A DNA stretch of 64,000 bases from Nageia nagi (GCA_050084985.1 JBITNC010000001.1:144336001-144400000), one strand, 5' to 3'; positions 1 to 15,008 are shown, numbered from the stretch's first letter. Translations and numbers: made by a program. The notes: a model not told the origin generated them from the sequence alone.

Positions 1-450
1 TCATTGAAAAAGGAATATTTTTTCTCTAATGTGGAACATATAAATCAAACAAGAAAGAAAGAAAGACATCACACCACCACCTAGAGAAAATTGCAAGAAA
101 ATATATTCAAAGAAGGAGAAAAATATATTAGCAAATGCAGAGTCATGAGTAGCCATTAAAGACAAGAAATTCATAAAACTAGTGGAAAATCCATTACCCA
201 TAAGATAATTTACTCATATTTATGATAACATTGGGAAATTTTAGAAACTTTTGTAAAAAAGAAACTTCTAGCTTTACCTCCTAATAAAAATTAACCAAGT
301 TATAAATAGGGCATTCCAAGTGAATGTAAGAATGATCATTATTATGATTATCACTATCAATAAGGACATAGTAATAACTCTTATCTTTAACTATAATATA
401 ACATCTAGGACTTCATTGATATGGGTAAGATCTCATTTGCTTAACACAAA
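1..450 (+). mobile_element. Degenerate Ty3/gypsy gag-protease linker fragment
   Basis: Plus-strand translation near 340-440 gives YHQ*GHSNNSYL*LYNNI*DFIDMGKISF, resembling the CxYH..GH...C..L...IQDLIDxG motif of plant gypsy gag-pol; many stops. Confidence 0.4.
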
Positions 451-499
451 AAAATTATAAGACAACAAGGCCATAACATGCAAAACATTAGAATTTGGA

Positions 500-3250
500 A
501 ATCTTTAAAATAGTCTTTCCAAATTTGTATGTCATGATATTTTGTATATCATGATATTTTTTCTTACTCTACCAAGCCAACATGTGCACTAACTTACCTC
601 ATACATTTTGTATGTCATGATATTCTTTCACATTCTTTTTAGTTTATTTGTACTCATTAGTACATTAGGCATATAAGGTTTTACAATGATAGAAAATAGT
701 TAGTTCATTCCTTAGATCTACAAGAATGTCAGTATTAGCTTTGGGTTGTATAGGGGAAATTTGTTAAAAATAAGGTTCTTTTAGATATTACAAAGTCATG
801 TGATTATTTTTAAACATACATTACACTTTTATATACTTCATAACTAAAAAAATAATCACATAGAAATATTCACATATATACATAAAAATAATCAAATATA
901 AAATTATTACCAAAGAATAGCTTTTTCATTCATCTTCTAATTCTTTTAGAACTTTTGCTTCTTTTCACATGAATAATAGACTTTGAAACTTAGATCTAGA
1001 CAAAGAGGGTCTTTTCAACCTAGTTTGTTCCTTAAGTATTATATCTTTTCAAACTAATGATAATTTTCCACCATATTTTTGGAATAGAACTTAAATATCC
1101 TCTATTAGATCATCATTTTCAATGTTGTATGTATACTAAAACCTTGTAATACACTAGCATACTAAATCTGATATGTGGCAATCAAGATCATCGAAGCTCT
1201 ATAATATATCAATAACATCATAATTAAATGTGGCCAAGTCTATCTCTTTGTAAAGATATGATTTCTCTTGTTCTTGTTAAAATTCACTAATAAGAATCAT
1301 ATTTCGTTGATAAACTCAATTTAAGATTAATTATTAGCTTTAATATTGATATTTTTTATTTCATGCTCATATTTTAGACATGTATGCAATGATGATAAAA
1401 TAGCCTTCATAGTATAAATACAAGGTATACCTAATAATAAATTATATTAAAGATAATCTTGAGATACATAACACTTGATATTGATAATATTAGGTCTTAC
1501 CTCAGTGGACAATGTTACTAATCAAATTTCTTAATATTATTAAAAGTTATTCATTCTAATGTTATATATCTATATATTATTCATCATTTATTGGAATCTT
1601 TGCTAGAAAGAACGTAGATAGATATTCACATCAAATCTAATATCCACTAGAAATATTTGTGTTGACCTTATAAAAAGTTTTACTTTCATATATAATGTTA
1701 AATTATTTTTGATAAAATCCTCACTAGAAATTTCTTTATCCTTAAAACTAATCATATTTATTTGAGTATAAGATCATAGCATTTCAAAAAATTACTAGCA
1801 AAAATATTTACATCTAATTGAGTATTTTTCTATGCATCCCACAAAGCATCCTAATGAGCATAAAAAAATTGCATCAATTCAAATTTTTTTTTTTTATAGT
1901 CCAGATTTGATATTCAAGATCATATGCATGAGGATCCTTATCAAACTCATGTATTTATCCTATCAATGGATGAATGGGTACTTAGGATATTTACTTTCAT
2001 GTATTTTTTCATAATTATTTAGTTAAAATCACATTGATATGCCCTTCATCTAGCTCTATTTTACTTTTCTCTTGTATTGTAAATATCACTTTTCATTCAT
2101 CCAATAATGTTTTAGATTCTTTATCAAAATGGTGCGACCATTCCTCTTATGTCCATGAAATTTATTATAAATGAAATAGGACTATGCATCATACCATGAG
2201 GGTTTAGGATCATTATATCCTAATTATTTTTGAGGATATAGATGGATCAAACCTTTTTCTTCATAATATTAAAACATCACATAAAATGCAACTAGCAATT
2301 TTAATCTATTTATATATATCCTTAAGATGTACATGTTTTAAATTTTTCTTTAGTTGTTTAATTACATTGAGTTAATTTATCCTCTTTCTTAGGGTAATTA
2401 TTTTATGTATATTTTAAATTAGCTCCATATTTTAATATTCCAATCTCAAACATGAATTACGAAGTCATATGGTAGATCAATATAATTATTTATTTGTTGC
2501 TTTAGTAGGAATAATGTTGTCTATGAACATCAAAGTAACATATTTATACTCAATTTTTCCTTTCCAATGCTATAAAATTCTTGAAATATTATAATGAATA
2601 TCTCTAATTTTTCATTGGGTTCCTATTTAGTACTATTCAAATATGAAATCACTAGACCAAAAAGGGTCTTTAGTAGAATTTATAAACCACCACCTAATGC
2701 CTTTACCAATGGTTATTTGACTATCCTATATGCAGGCACTACAAAAATTTGGTCTCCTATAACAATAGTTAATAATCGCTAGAATATATTCCTCAAACTA
2801 TTGCCTTAGGTACTTATATGGGAGCAATTTCAAACTAACCCTATATACTTAAAAGGGGTGGTCTTAGACCTTCCTCATATACTTTATAGGTGTGGTTTTA
2901 AATTATTTATAAATAGTTATATTTAATAAAAGGCATATCTTGGAAGCATTATTATAAATTTCTATACTAAGCCATCCTTGATTACCTAATGCACCCAAGT
3001 TTAATCATAGAGGGCACAACTATAATGATGGCCATAGGCTCCTGAATGCTGCTTCAATGTCTTTGAAAATCTTATGCAAACCATTATGTTAGCCTTTGTT
3101 ATGCTCCCTCCTTATTTAGTTTAGACCTATAAACATGTAGAAGAATAACCTCCAAAGATCATATGTAATAAACATGTATGAAAGTCCTCTTTCAATGATG
3201 CTTGAGCATCAAAACCATGAAAACAATTTAAAAATACCTTTAAAAGAAAC
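500..3250 (-). mobile_element. Highly degenerate Ty3/gypsy pol remnant (protease-RT-RNaseH-integrase order)
   Basis: Minus-strand traces: an RT MPFGLKNAGA-like segment near 2420-2480 and an integrase PYNPKAN-like segment near 735-760. Integrase downstream of RT is the gypsy order. Many stops and frameshifts. Confidence 0.5.
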
Positions 3251-4098
3251 CCCATTTTCCTAACCATATACATTATAGTAATCTACTCTTCTATAATTTA
3301 TAAATTTTCAAATGAATGTGAAAAATTACAACCGTAACTCATATTAGAACTACTCAAACTAACATAGATTCCATTAAATAAATAAAATAAATAATATTTT
3401 CTATCATTTAATCCCTTCATAGATTTTAATATAGAGAGATAAGGAGTTATACATATATCATTATTGCATATCCCAAAAATAGCTACATATAAAAGAGTTT
3501 CATAGTGATGATCATATCCAAGGAACAATAAAAACATATAGCATATCATCTAATATTAATTCAATGACTAAGGAAAAAGTACCTAGAGGAAGTGGCACCA
3601 ATTCAACATGTAAAATGATATCCATTTATATAATTTTGTTCATAAACACAACATCAATATATAAGGATAAATAAATAAGAAAAGAAATGCATAGTGACTA
3701 TAGATGTAATCACTAATGCATAAGTTAGCATGATAAAAAGACTCTTACAACTTTTTAATGAATGTAATTATTAGGTGTAAAGCCAAACTTTGCATCTATT
3801 TTCAATATTCTTGCATGATGTACCACCATGGGATCTCTTGAAGAAGGTATGAACATCCATCAAAGAGTAGTTAAAAATGGTTTCTTGTGCATTGTTATGA
3901 TTGTGAACACCATGATAAACATGTATGAAAAATGTAGAATAATATACAAGGATCAGGAATTATTTGACAAGAGGCATGATACAAACACAATTTCATGGAA
4001 TGCAATGATATACAAGATATGTGTAACATAGATAAGTTGAAAGGGATCATAAATTGATTGAAAAAATACCTCATCAAGATGCAATCTTATGGATTGCA

Positions 4099-6774
4099 AT
4101 GATCTTAGGATATGCAAAAAATGGTTTGTGTGATAAGGCTCTAGAGAATTTTAAGTAGATACAATTATCATATATAAAGATAAATCCTAAAATATTTTCT
4201 AGCATTCTTAGCATGTACCACTATGGAGATATATTGGAAGGTATAAACATCCATAAAAAAGTAGTTGAAAATAGCATCTCACCAAATGTTATGGTTATGA
4301 TCACCCTGATAGACATGTATACAAAATATGGAAGAATACACAATGATTAGGAATTATTTTTCAAGATGCATGATGTACATACAATTTAATAGACTACAAT
4401 AATTGTAAGATATGCAATTCATGGCTACAATTAGGATGTACTTAAACTATTTGATCTAATGAGACTATAATGACTCTAAGATATGTACAAAATAGGTTAT
4501 TTGAAAAGGATCTAGTAACTTTTTAGTAGATGCAATTTTTAGGTATAAATCAAAATATTGAAACCTTTGCCAACATTCTTAGCATATGTCACCAGGGAGA
4601 TCTTGAAGAAGATATGAACATCCATCAAAGAGGAGTTGAAAATGGCTTCTTATTGAATGCCATGGTTGTGAACACACTAATTGACATGCATGCAAAATGT
4701 GGATGAATACATAAGGCCCATAAATTATTTTATGATATGCATGATGTACACACAATTTCATGGATTGCAATGATTGTAGGATATGCAATTCATGGCTACA
4801 ATTGGAATGCCCTTAAACTTGTTGATATGATGAGACTGCGATAATCCAACATATGCACAAAATAGGTTGTCTAAAAAATCTCTAAATATTTTTATGTTGA
4901 TGTAGTTATTAGGTATAAAGCAAAACACTGAAACCTTTATCGAAATTTGTAACATGTTCCACCATGGAGCTCTCAAATAAGGTATGAAAATCCTTGAAAT
5001 GGTAGTTTAAAATGGATTCTCATTTAATTTTGTGGTTTTGGCCATCCTAATAGACATGTATGTAAAATGTATAAGAATACACAAGGCTTGGGAATTGTTT
5101 GACAAGATGCATGATGTACATATAATTTCATGAATTGCAATTATTATAATATATACAATTCATGGCTATAGTTGGGATGTCCTTAAGCTCTTTGATCTTA
5201 TGAGACTATAATGATCCCAAGATATGCATAAAATGGGTTATCTAAAAAGTTTCTAGAGACTTTTAAGCAGATGCAATTTTTTAGTATAAATCCAAACACT
5301 AAAACTTTTGTTAGCATTATTAGTAGGTGCCATCATAAAGCTCTTGAAGAAGGTATGGGCATCTATCTAAAACTAGTTGAAAATGGATTCTCATAGAATG
5401 GTGAGGTTGTGACCACACTAATATAAATATATGAAAAATGTGAAAGAATACACAAGATCCAAGAATATTTTAACTATATTCATGATGCACATAAGGTTTT
5501 ATAGATGATAATTAGTATAGGATATGCAATTCATGACTATAGTTGGGATGCCCTTAAACTCTTTTATTTGATGATATTGTAATGATCCCAATATATTTCC
5601 AAAATGGGTTATCTAAAAAGGATATAAATACTTTTAAGTAGATGTAATTTTAAGGTATTAAACTAGACTTTGAGACCTTTACCAACATTCTTATCATGTT
5701 CCACCATGGAGCTCTCAAATAAGGTATGAAAATCCATAAAAAAATAGTTAAATAGCTTCTCATTGAATGTTATGGTTGTGACCACCCTGATAGACATCTA
5801 TGGAAAATGTGGAAGAATACATAAGGACTGAGAATTATTTGTAAAGATGCATGATGCACTCATAATTTCATGGACTGTAATGATTGCAAGATATGTAATT
5901 CATGGATACAACTGGGATTTCCTTAAATTATTTAATTTGATTACCCTAAAATGATCCTATGATATGCATAAAATGGGTTATCTAAAAAATATCTAAAGAA
6001 TTTTAAGTAGATACAATTGTCAAGTATAAATCCAAACTTTGAAACCTTTGACAACATTCATAGCATGTGCCACCATAGAGCTCTCAAAGAAGGTATTAAC
6101 ATCCATCCAAGAGTAATTAAAAATATATTCTCATAAAAATTTGTTGTTGTAACCACCCTAATATACATGTATACAAAATATGAAAGAATACATAAGGCCC
6201 AAGAATTGTTTGATAAGATGCATCATGCATACATGGTTTCATGAACTACAATGAATGAAAGATATGAAATACATGGCTATAGCTAGTGTTCCCTTGAAGT
6301 ATTTAATATGATGAGACTAAAATGATCTTAGGATATGCACAAAATAGGTTATTTGAAAAGGATCTAGAGACTTTTAAGTATATGCAATTGTCAAGTATAA
6401 AACCAAACTCTAAAATATTTACTAGCATTCATAGCATATGCCACCATGGAGCTCTTGAAGAAGGTATGAACATCCATGAAAGAGTTGTTGAAAATGGATT
6501 CTCACAATTTTATGGTTTTTACCACCATGATAGACATGTATACAAAATGTAGAAGAATATAAAAGGCCTAAGAATTATTTGATAAGATGCATGATGCATA
6601 CACAGTTTCATGGTTTGCAATGATTGCACAATATGCAATTCTAGTTGGTATGTTCTTTAACTCTTTGATATGATGAGACTATAAGGATCCTAATGTATAC
6701 ACAAAATGGGTTATCCAAGAAGGCTCTAGAGACTTTCAAGTAGATGCAATTATCAAGTATAAATTCAAAATCTA
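4099..6774 (+). repeat. Tandem array of ~371-bp PPR-derived units (7 full + 1 partial)
   Basis: Unit starts (atgatc..gatatgc) at about 4099, 4470, 4841, 5211, 5582, 5951, 6322 and 6684, with a shared junction atgagact(a/g)..atg. Confidence 0.9.
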
Positions 6775-7538
6775 TGTTGACACTTAATTTTGGTCTACCT
6801 TAGGTATCCTTATAATTAAGTGTTTCATTATATTAATATCATATTATATAATGTGTGTTATATTGGCCCATTTAAGATAATTTTCATGTAATTTAATCTT
6901 TATTTGTACAATATACCCCAATATTGATGTTAGCTTCTATGTGGAGGTTCTCTTACATATTTAATGGTAAGTACGATTACATGGGAAGGCATCAAGATTT
7001 CATCTCGATAACCAGTATATAAATTATTAGGTGTTTATCAATGCTACCTATTGATATTAGGATCTTTTTATCACAAAATATTTTTTATTTCATCCTTTGT
7101 AATTATATATTTATCTCAACTCATTAATATTCTACTATCTATTGGATCTTCATTGCAAACTCTACTCTTGGGACACTCAACATTTATGCTATCATGTGCA
7201 CTAGCTCGAGGCTCCACATTTTCACTTTTGTAGATTTTTATGATAGAGTTCCAATCTACTTTTTCATGTATGGATTCATATATCAAGATCACTATCTTTG
7301 ATAAGTTTCTATCTGCATATAATCTTCATCATCCTAGGTAAGGTTTTTAGATATTTATTCATCTCGTGATCTCTTTCTCTTTATTACATTTATTATTATC
7401 TTGATCTAATAGTCTAAGTATTGCTTTATTAATTTTCATTTTCTTATACTTCAAATTATTTTTATTATTCATTAAATATGAATGTTTAACATTGTTTCTA
7501 CCTAGGTTAATCTTAGGGTTCACTAAAAGTATTTAACA
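6775..7538. mobile_element. Probable solo LTR interrupting the PPR array
   Basis: Starts TGTTGACAC, ends TTTAACA (TG..CA with short inverted ends), non-coding, internal TATAAAT at ~7017. No clean TSD, and the PPR frame does not resume at the same position. Confidence 0.55.
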
Positions 7539-8269
7539 CTCTCAGTAAATGAATTTTATTGCATTATTCATGGGATGAATAATTATATGCCAATTGTTTG
7601 ACAAGATTTATGATCTAGACATAGTTTCATGGATTGCAATGATCATAGGATATGCATAAAATAGATAAGTTGAAAGGGCCCATAAATTGGTTGACAAAAT
7701 ACCTCATCGAGATGGAATATCATAGACCAAAATAATCCTAGGATATGAATAAAATGGATTTTTTGAGGTTTAAATACTTTAAATAAGATGCAATTATCAG
7801 AAGCAAAGATAAAATTTGTAACCTTTTCCAATATTCTTGTAGCATGTGCCACCTTGGGAGCTCTAGAAGAAGGTATGAACATCTACTAAAGAGTAGTTGA
7901 AAATGGTTTTGCATCAAATATTATAATTTTGAATGCCTTCATAAGCATGTATGGAAAATATGAAAAGATATATAATGCTAAAGAATTATTTAACAAGATG
8001 CATGATGCAAATATAATTTCATTTAATGCAATGATTAGAGGCATCCTAAACAACATAACCTTTGTATATATTCTACTTTCATGCAACCATGCAGATCTAG
8101 TAGAATGAGGGCTATAAATACTTTAATATAATGAGTTACTTTTATTGTATTATTCCTAAGATGAATTATTATGCATACATTATCGAGCTTATAACTTCAT
8201 TTCTACAATACCCATAAACTTTAAATTGGGTATAACAAAACACCAAAATGACATCAAAATTTTCCTCAT

Positions 8270-8933
8270 AGGTGTGTGTAAGTTAAGTCCACATAAATAG
8301 GAAGTTTTAGTACTTAGAAAAGTTTTAGAGCAAAGTCTTATTTTTTTTTTTATAATTTTTTATTTTTTAGTACTTAAAAAAAATTATAGAGGGATAAACT
8401 ACAGATAATTTTCTATAAAATTTAAAAAATAAATTTAAAAATTTGATAAGTTTAGGCCAAATTATGCATGCTGGACATGAGCAATTTTTGAAACAATAGT
8501 CATAACTAATGAAAAATTAATAAAAGATAAAATATCAATAAAAACAAAATATTCATATAAAAATAATTAAAAAATATCCAATAAAACCTTCAATATCTTA
8601 GGTATCATTTCTTAAAAGGATTTTTAAAAATACTTTGATTTAGGTCAAATTATGCTTGCCGAACACATGCATGGTATATCTTGAAATAAAAATAAATAAA
8701 AAATGATTTTTATTCATCCCTATAAAAATTTAATTTATATCATCTAGGTATTGGAATAAATTACATATCTAAAAGCTAGACTCTAAGCACTACATTTTTA
8801 CCATAGTGATCTTTTTCAAGATCCCATGTATAAGTGCTTCAAATTTTGAGATCAATTGTGAGAAACTTGAAAATCAAGAAAGCACTTGCACTTTTTTACC
8901 ATAAAGTAGACCTAACTTCTTGCACTGACCCTC
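8270..8933 (-). mobile_element. Non-autonomous terminal fragment of the Sola2-like DNA transposon family
   Basis: 8745-8933 aligns in the same orientation with 25230-25422. The minus-strand end reads GAGGGTCAGTGCAAGAAG. Subterminal motif ttaggtcaaattatg occurs at ~8452, ~8640 and ~25143. Confidence 0.6.
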
Positions 8934-11263
8934 ACTTATTTTTACCTTAAACATATTCACTAATAAAATAAAATCAAAAATTTAAGTGATAATTTGATCA
9001 ATACAATTATACAATCCATGGATCATGAATAACAAACTTCACATATCTTAGATAAAAAATGGTTTACAATAACTTATCACATTCTTAACATCACACCACT
9101 AACCACTCATACAAAACTATCCAAACATAATTTCAAGATAAAAACTTATGGCCAAAGCCATACAATCAATCAAATCACATTTGCATAATAAATATTTAAT
9201 ACAAGATTTTCATTTTCTTCATTGTATTCAATCTTATTTCTCTACTAATCTAATCCTATTAGTCAGTTATGAGAGTAGTAAAGTATGTAGTGATCAAAGA
9301 TAACTCTTTTATTGATATGGATAAATAAAAAAATATATGAACCTATGCATTCAAATTCAATAAACATTGAATACAAACTTAATTTCAATCATTGAAAAAT
9401 TACCAAATTATTTTACAACCATTCATAAAGCAATATTCATCAAGATGCATTTTTAACAAAATATTTTTCATGAACTCTTCATACTTGGTATACTCATCCT
9501 ATACTAATGATGCATCCTTGCTCATTAATTAAGTCATTTAACTTCACAAGCATTAATACTCTACCATACATAAAACCAATCATCCTATCCTATAGGCCAT
9601 TATAGGACAATCCTATAAGCCACTACATGGAGATGATACAACCATCATGAGCCATTATAGGCAAACTAGTTTTTGTTCTCTATGTAAATTTTGATAGAAT
9701 TAATAGAATTATTTCAACCATAATAAAGGTTAAAATATGCACTAATGCAATATTTTTATTTTTCTTATTTGGAAAGGATTTATTAGTACTACCTTTCTTG
9801 TTCCTAATGTTTTGACATGTTATTTTCTTTTTGTAGCAGTCAAATTCTTTGTAGATAAATATGCCTTAAAAATTATAATTATCATTGAATTTATGATTAT
9901 TATTCCTCCTTTTCTTATTGTTCTCAAATTTAGGTTTAAAAGATTATCTTTTTCCTTTACCTTTAGAAATTTGAAAATAGTTTCATTTCCTATTTTTAGA
10001 ATTTTTATGAATATTGAAAGCAATAGAAGAAGGTTTTCTTCATCACCTTCACTTACTTTTACTCCTTGATGGTTTCTTCACATTGCACCAAAATATTTAA
10101 GATTTATACATGTGTGGGGAGATCTTCTTCTTGATGAAACCTTATGGTTCAAGAAAACTAGAATTATTTCAAACATTTATTAACACAATGAAGCATAAAA
10201 GCTTCTTACCCACTCACAATTAAAAGCAATAAGTTGTATCCTTATTTCTCTCACTTGCATAAGGTATATCACAATGTTTTCTTTAGTAAGCATTTGAGTG
10301 TTGAATAATTTAGCAAGGAAAGAAAATTTTCAACCCATGTTTGATCCTATGAACATATTTTTTATTGCATTATATGCATCAAAGATTAAGAAAAAACTTG
10401 AAACATGTATGATAATGTCATTAGTAACAACCTTAAATAGTATGGAAAGGGCTTGTAGATTCTTGTATTTCAATTCTCAAGTTCTCTACAATTTTGAGGT
10501 GGAAACTCCTCCTTATTGACTATATACCATAATTGTCTATCTTGGAATTCAACCTTCATTTTAGGCTCCCAAATATATCCAAAATCCCATAATTAGTTCC
10601 CTCAAGTTTATATTTTGAAGTAAAGGTAAAATCATCATCAAATCCCATAAAATATTTTATACATAAGAAAATCTTATTAGTTATTTACAAGTTAAATGAG
10701 ATGCTCAATACAACTCCATTTGATTTAATAAATATTTAATTATAAATTTTATTATAACAAATGCTTAGAAATTTTTTTTCTAAAAATATATGATTAAATA
10801 ATTATTAAATAATATTAAGAGCATTAATATTATTTGAAAATTTTGATAAAAGTAATTTGTATATTTTTTTATTAGAAACCAACCCTTGCAGGGAATTATG
10901 CTTGGAATTAGATTTTGTGTCTAGCGATTTCTCTTCCGTCAAATTCAATTTGGAGTCATACTTGACCCTATCCATGTGAGCTCATGGTTGGAATTGCACA
11001 TATCTAAAACATATAAGGGTGGAGATATTTGAATGTTACGCCTCTCTTTTTCCACTTGATATTTTTAACTTACCCACTCTGCTCCAACTCCCCTAACATC
11101 TTTGGATAATTTGTATAAGTATTCATAATTAGTAAGGAAAATAATTCAACTTAATCAAGTTGGCTAGGGTGTAATCCTCATAAAGAGAAGGTAAAGGGTT
11201 CATGATGATCTAAATTATTCGTAGGATCCCATAGGTGGGATGCATCATGTAAGTGTTCCCTTA

Positions 11264-14200
11264 TGTAATGACCCACCCAATGGCACTAGTCGACCTTGAG
11301 CACCATCAAGGATGTGAATGAAGGTTTGTTTAAATTATTGCTATATGATGATCAATTTTAAGTGGAAATATGTATTATATGTATCAAGTTGATATTGGTT
11401 TCAGTATTTTATGATGCAGGTAATAGGTTACTACAAGATGAAAGGAGCAATTGAAAATCCAACGAACCAAAGGTGAATTGGTGATGAGAATGGAAGGGTA
11501 AGAGGAGGAAATGATTGAATTGAATCATTGACACATCCTATGACCATCATAAATCATGTAGTTGCATATAGAATAATTGTTATGATATCGATTTCTCAAT
11601 GAAATTGTGTTTGCCTATGTGTGTGGATCAATCATGCCTTGTAGGATGAGGTGATTATCATAGGTAAAGATGTGTTTTCCCTTGTTTGGTATTTTAGAAA
11701 TTAAAATTTTGAAATGGAGGAAAAAAAGGGATATACCTTATTTAAATATAAAAATTTTATAAGGTCAAAAACATAAATTTAATAGGATAAAAGTTGAATA
11801 AGAGTGTCTATATTATTACCACATAGAGCTAATAGTAAAAACACTATTAGATAGAGACTAAGGTCTCCTTAAGGTATTACAAGATATTTAATGGGTAGGT
11901 AAATAATGGAGTAATGACCCTACTTAGTTTTTTTTTCTTATATTAGGTGTGGATAATAGTTGGCACTAATTTATTAGTTAATAAAAAAGGCTTCAACGTA
12001 TTTAATACCATTTCAATTATCAATAACTTTAAGCAAACTTGCCCTAAAAATTATTGAAGATGAGGAGACATCCATTTGGACACACTTGAGCCCCTTTAGC
12101 TATAAATAAAGGAGTAGAGAATTAGAAAAATACCTACTTATCTATCTTTTATTATTTTATTCTTGTTATTCTTAAGCTTGGGTGTAGAGTTATGTGAAGA
12201 AAAGAAATCTCTCTTCCCTCTTCCAGTCAAAGTGCATTATTTTACATTCTTTTTGTTGAATTAAATTAATCATATTTTTTAAGTATTTAATGAGTTGTAT
12301 AAAAGTAAAGAAATGGGATTTTTTTTGTTATTTTCTCTTTTTTTAGATGTAGCGATGAAAAATTTCATGTACAAATTATATTAGGTATTTTATGATATTT
12401 AAGGAGACTAGTCAAATATTTCTTCTTATGCCTTTAGCTAGAATTTATGAATTTATTTTGACATGAATTTTATTAAATTTTTAATATGATATTTATCATA
12501 ATGTTTGATAAAGTTTTATAGAATTAATTTTTTGTTAGAAATGTTGTATCATTTGAAGAGACAGTGGTTATCTTATTTAAAGGTTGGTACCATGTCTTTT
12601 TTTTTAAAAAGTAAAGGAGTGGGATTTTCTTTTGTTATTTTCTTTTTATTTAGATGTAGGGATGAAAAATTTCATGTATAAATTGTATTATGTATTTTAT
12701 GATATTTTAAAGAGACTAGTCAAATATTTCTTCTTATACCTTTAGCTAAAGTTTAATGAATTTTTTTGACATGAATTTTATTAAAATCTTAATATGATGT
12801 TTATCATAATATTTGATAAAGTTTTATAAAATTAATTACTATTAGAAGTGTTGTACCATTTGAAGAGACATAGTGGTTATTTTTTTAAAGATAAAAAAAT
12901 TCACTAACAAATTGTATTATGTATTTTATGATATTTTAAAGAGACTAGTCATATATTTCTCTTTATACCTTTAGCTAGAGTTTAATGAATTTATTTTGAC
13001 ATAAATTTTATTAAAGTCCTAATATGATGTTTAGTAAAGAAATATTATTAAATTCATGTGAAATTGGAGAAAGATAATTAATACAAATATATTTTCTTAT
13101 TATTATCTAATTTTGTGAATTAAACTAATTAGTATCTAATCAGGTAATAAGCATGTTTAATATTTTTAATAAGTAATTTGAGAACTCTTTAGAATCTTAT
13201 ATTAAATAAACTATGGTTTTGAGATTATGATATTGGTATAAGTTTTAGTAAAATAATTCAAATGGTACAAATTGCATTAATTAAGTATTAAGGTATCCAA
13301 GACCTTATTATGAATGATTTAATTATTTAAAATGGATTAATTATAGGGTAAATAAATAATAGATTAATGTACATTGACCAAGGAAAGGAGATAATTTCTC
13401 TTGAGGTATATAGTTAAATTCATTTGCATAATGGTCAAGTTTAAAAAGGGTTGTCCTGATCCTCCTCCCTCCTAGTACTCGATCCACCCACCAAGTTCCA
13501 AGGGGATGTTCGATGCTCATTGCATGAAGATTGATGGAGATGTTTGACGGTTGATACAATGATCAAAACATATGACATGAACAAATTTGAATTACAAACT
13601 CATTGGATATGAAATAGTATGATTTGTTAAAAAGATCCCATTAATGATTAAATGGGTTGTATTATATTATATTAATTCATTAAAGGTTATTTTGTATTTA
13701 TGTCATGTTAATATGGTAAATGGAAAGTAAATGAGTTATACTTCAATGAATTGGTTTTATTATATAAATGATTAATAAGTTATCATTTTTATTAAGAATA
13801 ATATTATGATAGTTTAATGCTATAAATAGTGATGATTACATGAATAAGAGTAGAAATTAATATTTGTTATTTCATAATCAGTAGTGGGTAGTATAAATTG
13901 ATTTAAGTAGATGATTTTACCAAGACTCCTAAAGAAGTATATTATTTAGGTTATTAATTCTAATAAAGTCCAAAACTATCCCAACGACTTAGAAACAATC
14001 CTAAATTTGAACTACTAAGGTTCCAAATGACAATTTGTGATCACTTGGGAAATTTTAGGAACTCTTGGGATCAAAATGAGTACAAATGGAACCCAATGGG
14101 AATAAATGGGATTGTTTGGGATCTTTTGGGATAAATATAGAGTTTTTAGATAATAAGGTGAAGATATTAATTATCAAAGTTTAAAGGATAAAACCTACTC

Positions 14201-15008
14201 TAACTTAGAATTAGAATCTACCTGCTTAGTGAATGAACTGTTAACTTTGAGATTTAATGAGTTTATGGTTTACATAGTATATTAATGAATGAAGTGGGGA
14301 ACTAGGGTTATAAAATAACACCTAAGTACATGACCTCACATATGAAACCAAAATGGGTTATGATTTTTATTTATTTGCAAGTTATAGAAATCGATTAATT
14401 AAAGTTATAGGGATCAAACGAATATTTCTTAATTGCTTGTACAATAATATTAAGGATCAATAATAAATAAGAACCCTATATAAATCCACTATTATTTCAA
14501 TGTTATAGAAAAGGATCCCATATTAGTCTTATGGACCCAAATTTAGATCATAAGGGAAATGTTAGGAACCCTTTAGGATTAAATGGGATAATTTGCGGAT
14601 ACTATGGGAAATAATTTGGATTGTTTGATATTATTATAGGATATAAATCTTAAGATTTTTTTGAATACTGATTTCCACTTAAACTAGTGATATTAAACAT
14701 TTACATCATAATAAGTACATCCACAAGTTCAAGGATATGATAATGAAGTTTAAATAAAACTACAATACGATCATCATGAGTATCCGCTTGTAAGTAAAGT
14801 TAGGAGTACCTAATGAATGTACCCTCATAATTACAAAGAAAGGGTGAAGACTTAATAAATTCAATGAAGTATCAATATGTAAACCATGTGGGATATATGT
14901 ACCTAAATAGTAAACCTAGAAAAGTTAACAAATCGATAAACAATAGAATTAAAAAAATAGTCCTAAATTTTAGGGGTGTTAGATGATGAAAGATGGAGTA
15001 GCGTTACA
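11264..15008. mobile_element. Long (~3.7 kb) probable solo LTR of gypsy (Tekay/Del-like) type
   Basis: Starts TGTAATGACCC and ends GCGTTACA; flanked by CCTTA (11259-11263) and TCTTA (15009-15013), a 5-bp TSD with one C>T. No coding capacity; TATAAATAAA at ~12101. Confidence 0.6.
12301..13035. repeat. ~307-bp tandem repeat (2 full + partial copy) inside the long LTR
   Basis: aaaagtaaag..gggatttt..tagatgtag.gatgaaaaatttcatgt recurs at ~12301 and ~12607; a partial third copy starts at ~12890. Confidence 0.8.

Larger units (their letters stand above)
3700..8190 (+). pseudogene. PLS-class pentatricopeptide repeat (PPR) pseudogene
   Basis: Repeated P-L-S motifs (SWxAMIxGYAQNG, GALEEGMNIH, TLIDMYAKCG, ELFDKM). 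Terminal HPNNITFVYILLSCNHADLVE and IIPKMNYYAYII segments at ~8040-8190 correspond to the C-terminal P2/L2/S2 motifs. Dozens of stops and frameshifts; interrupted at 6775-7538. Confidence 0.9.

Noticed and set aside
3828-8190. Functional PPR editing factor
   Set aside because: Stops or frameshifts in every unit, an LTR insertion, and no recognisable E/DYW domain.
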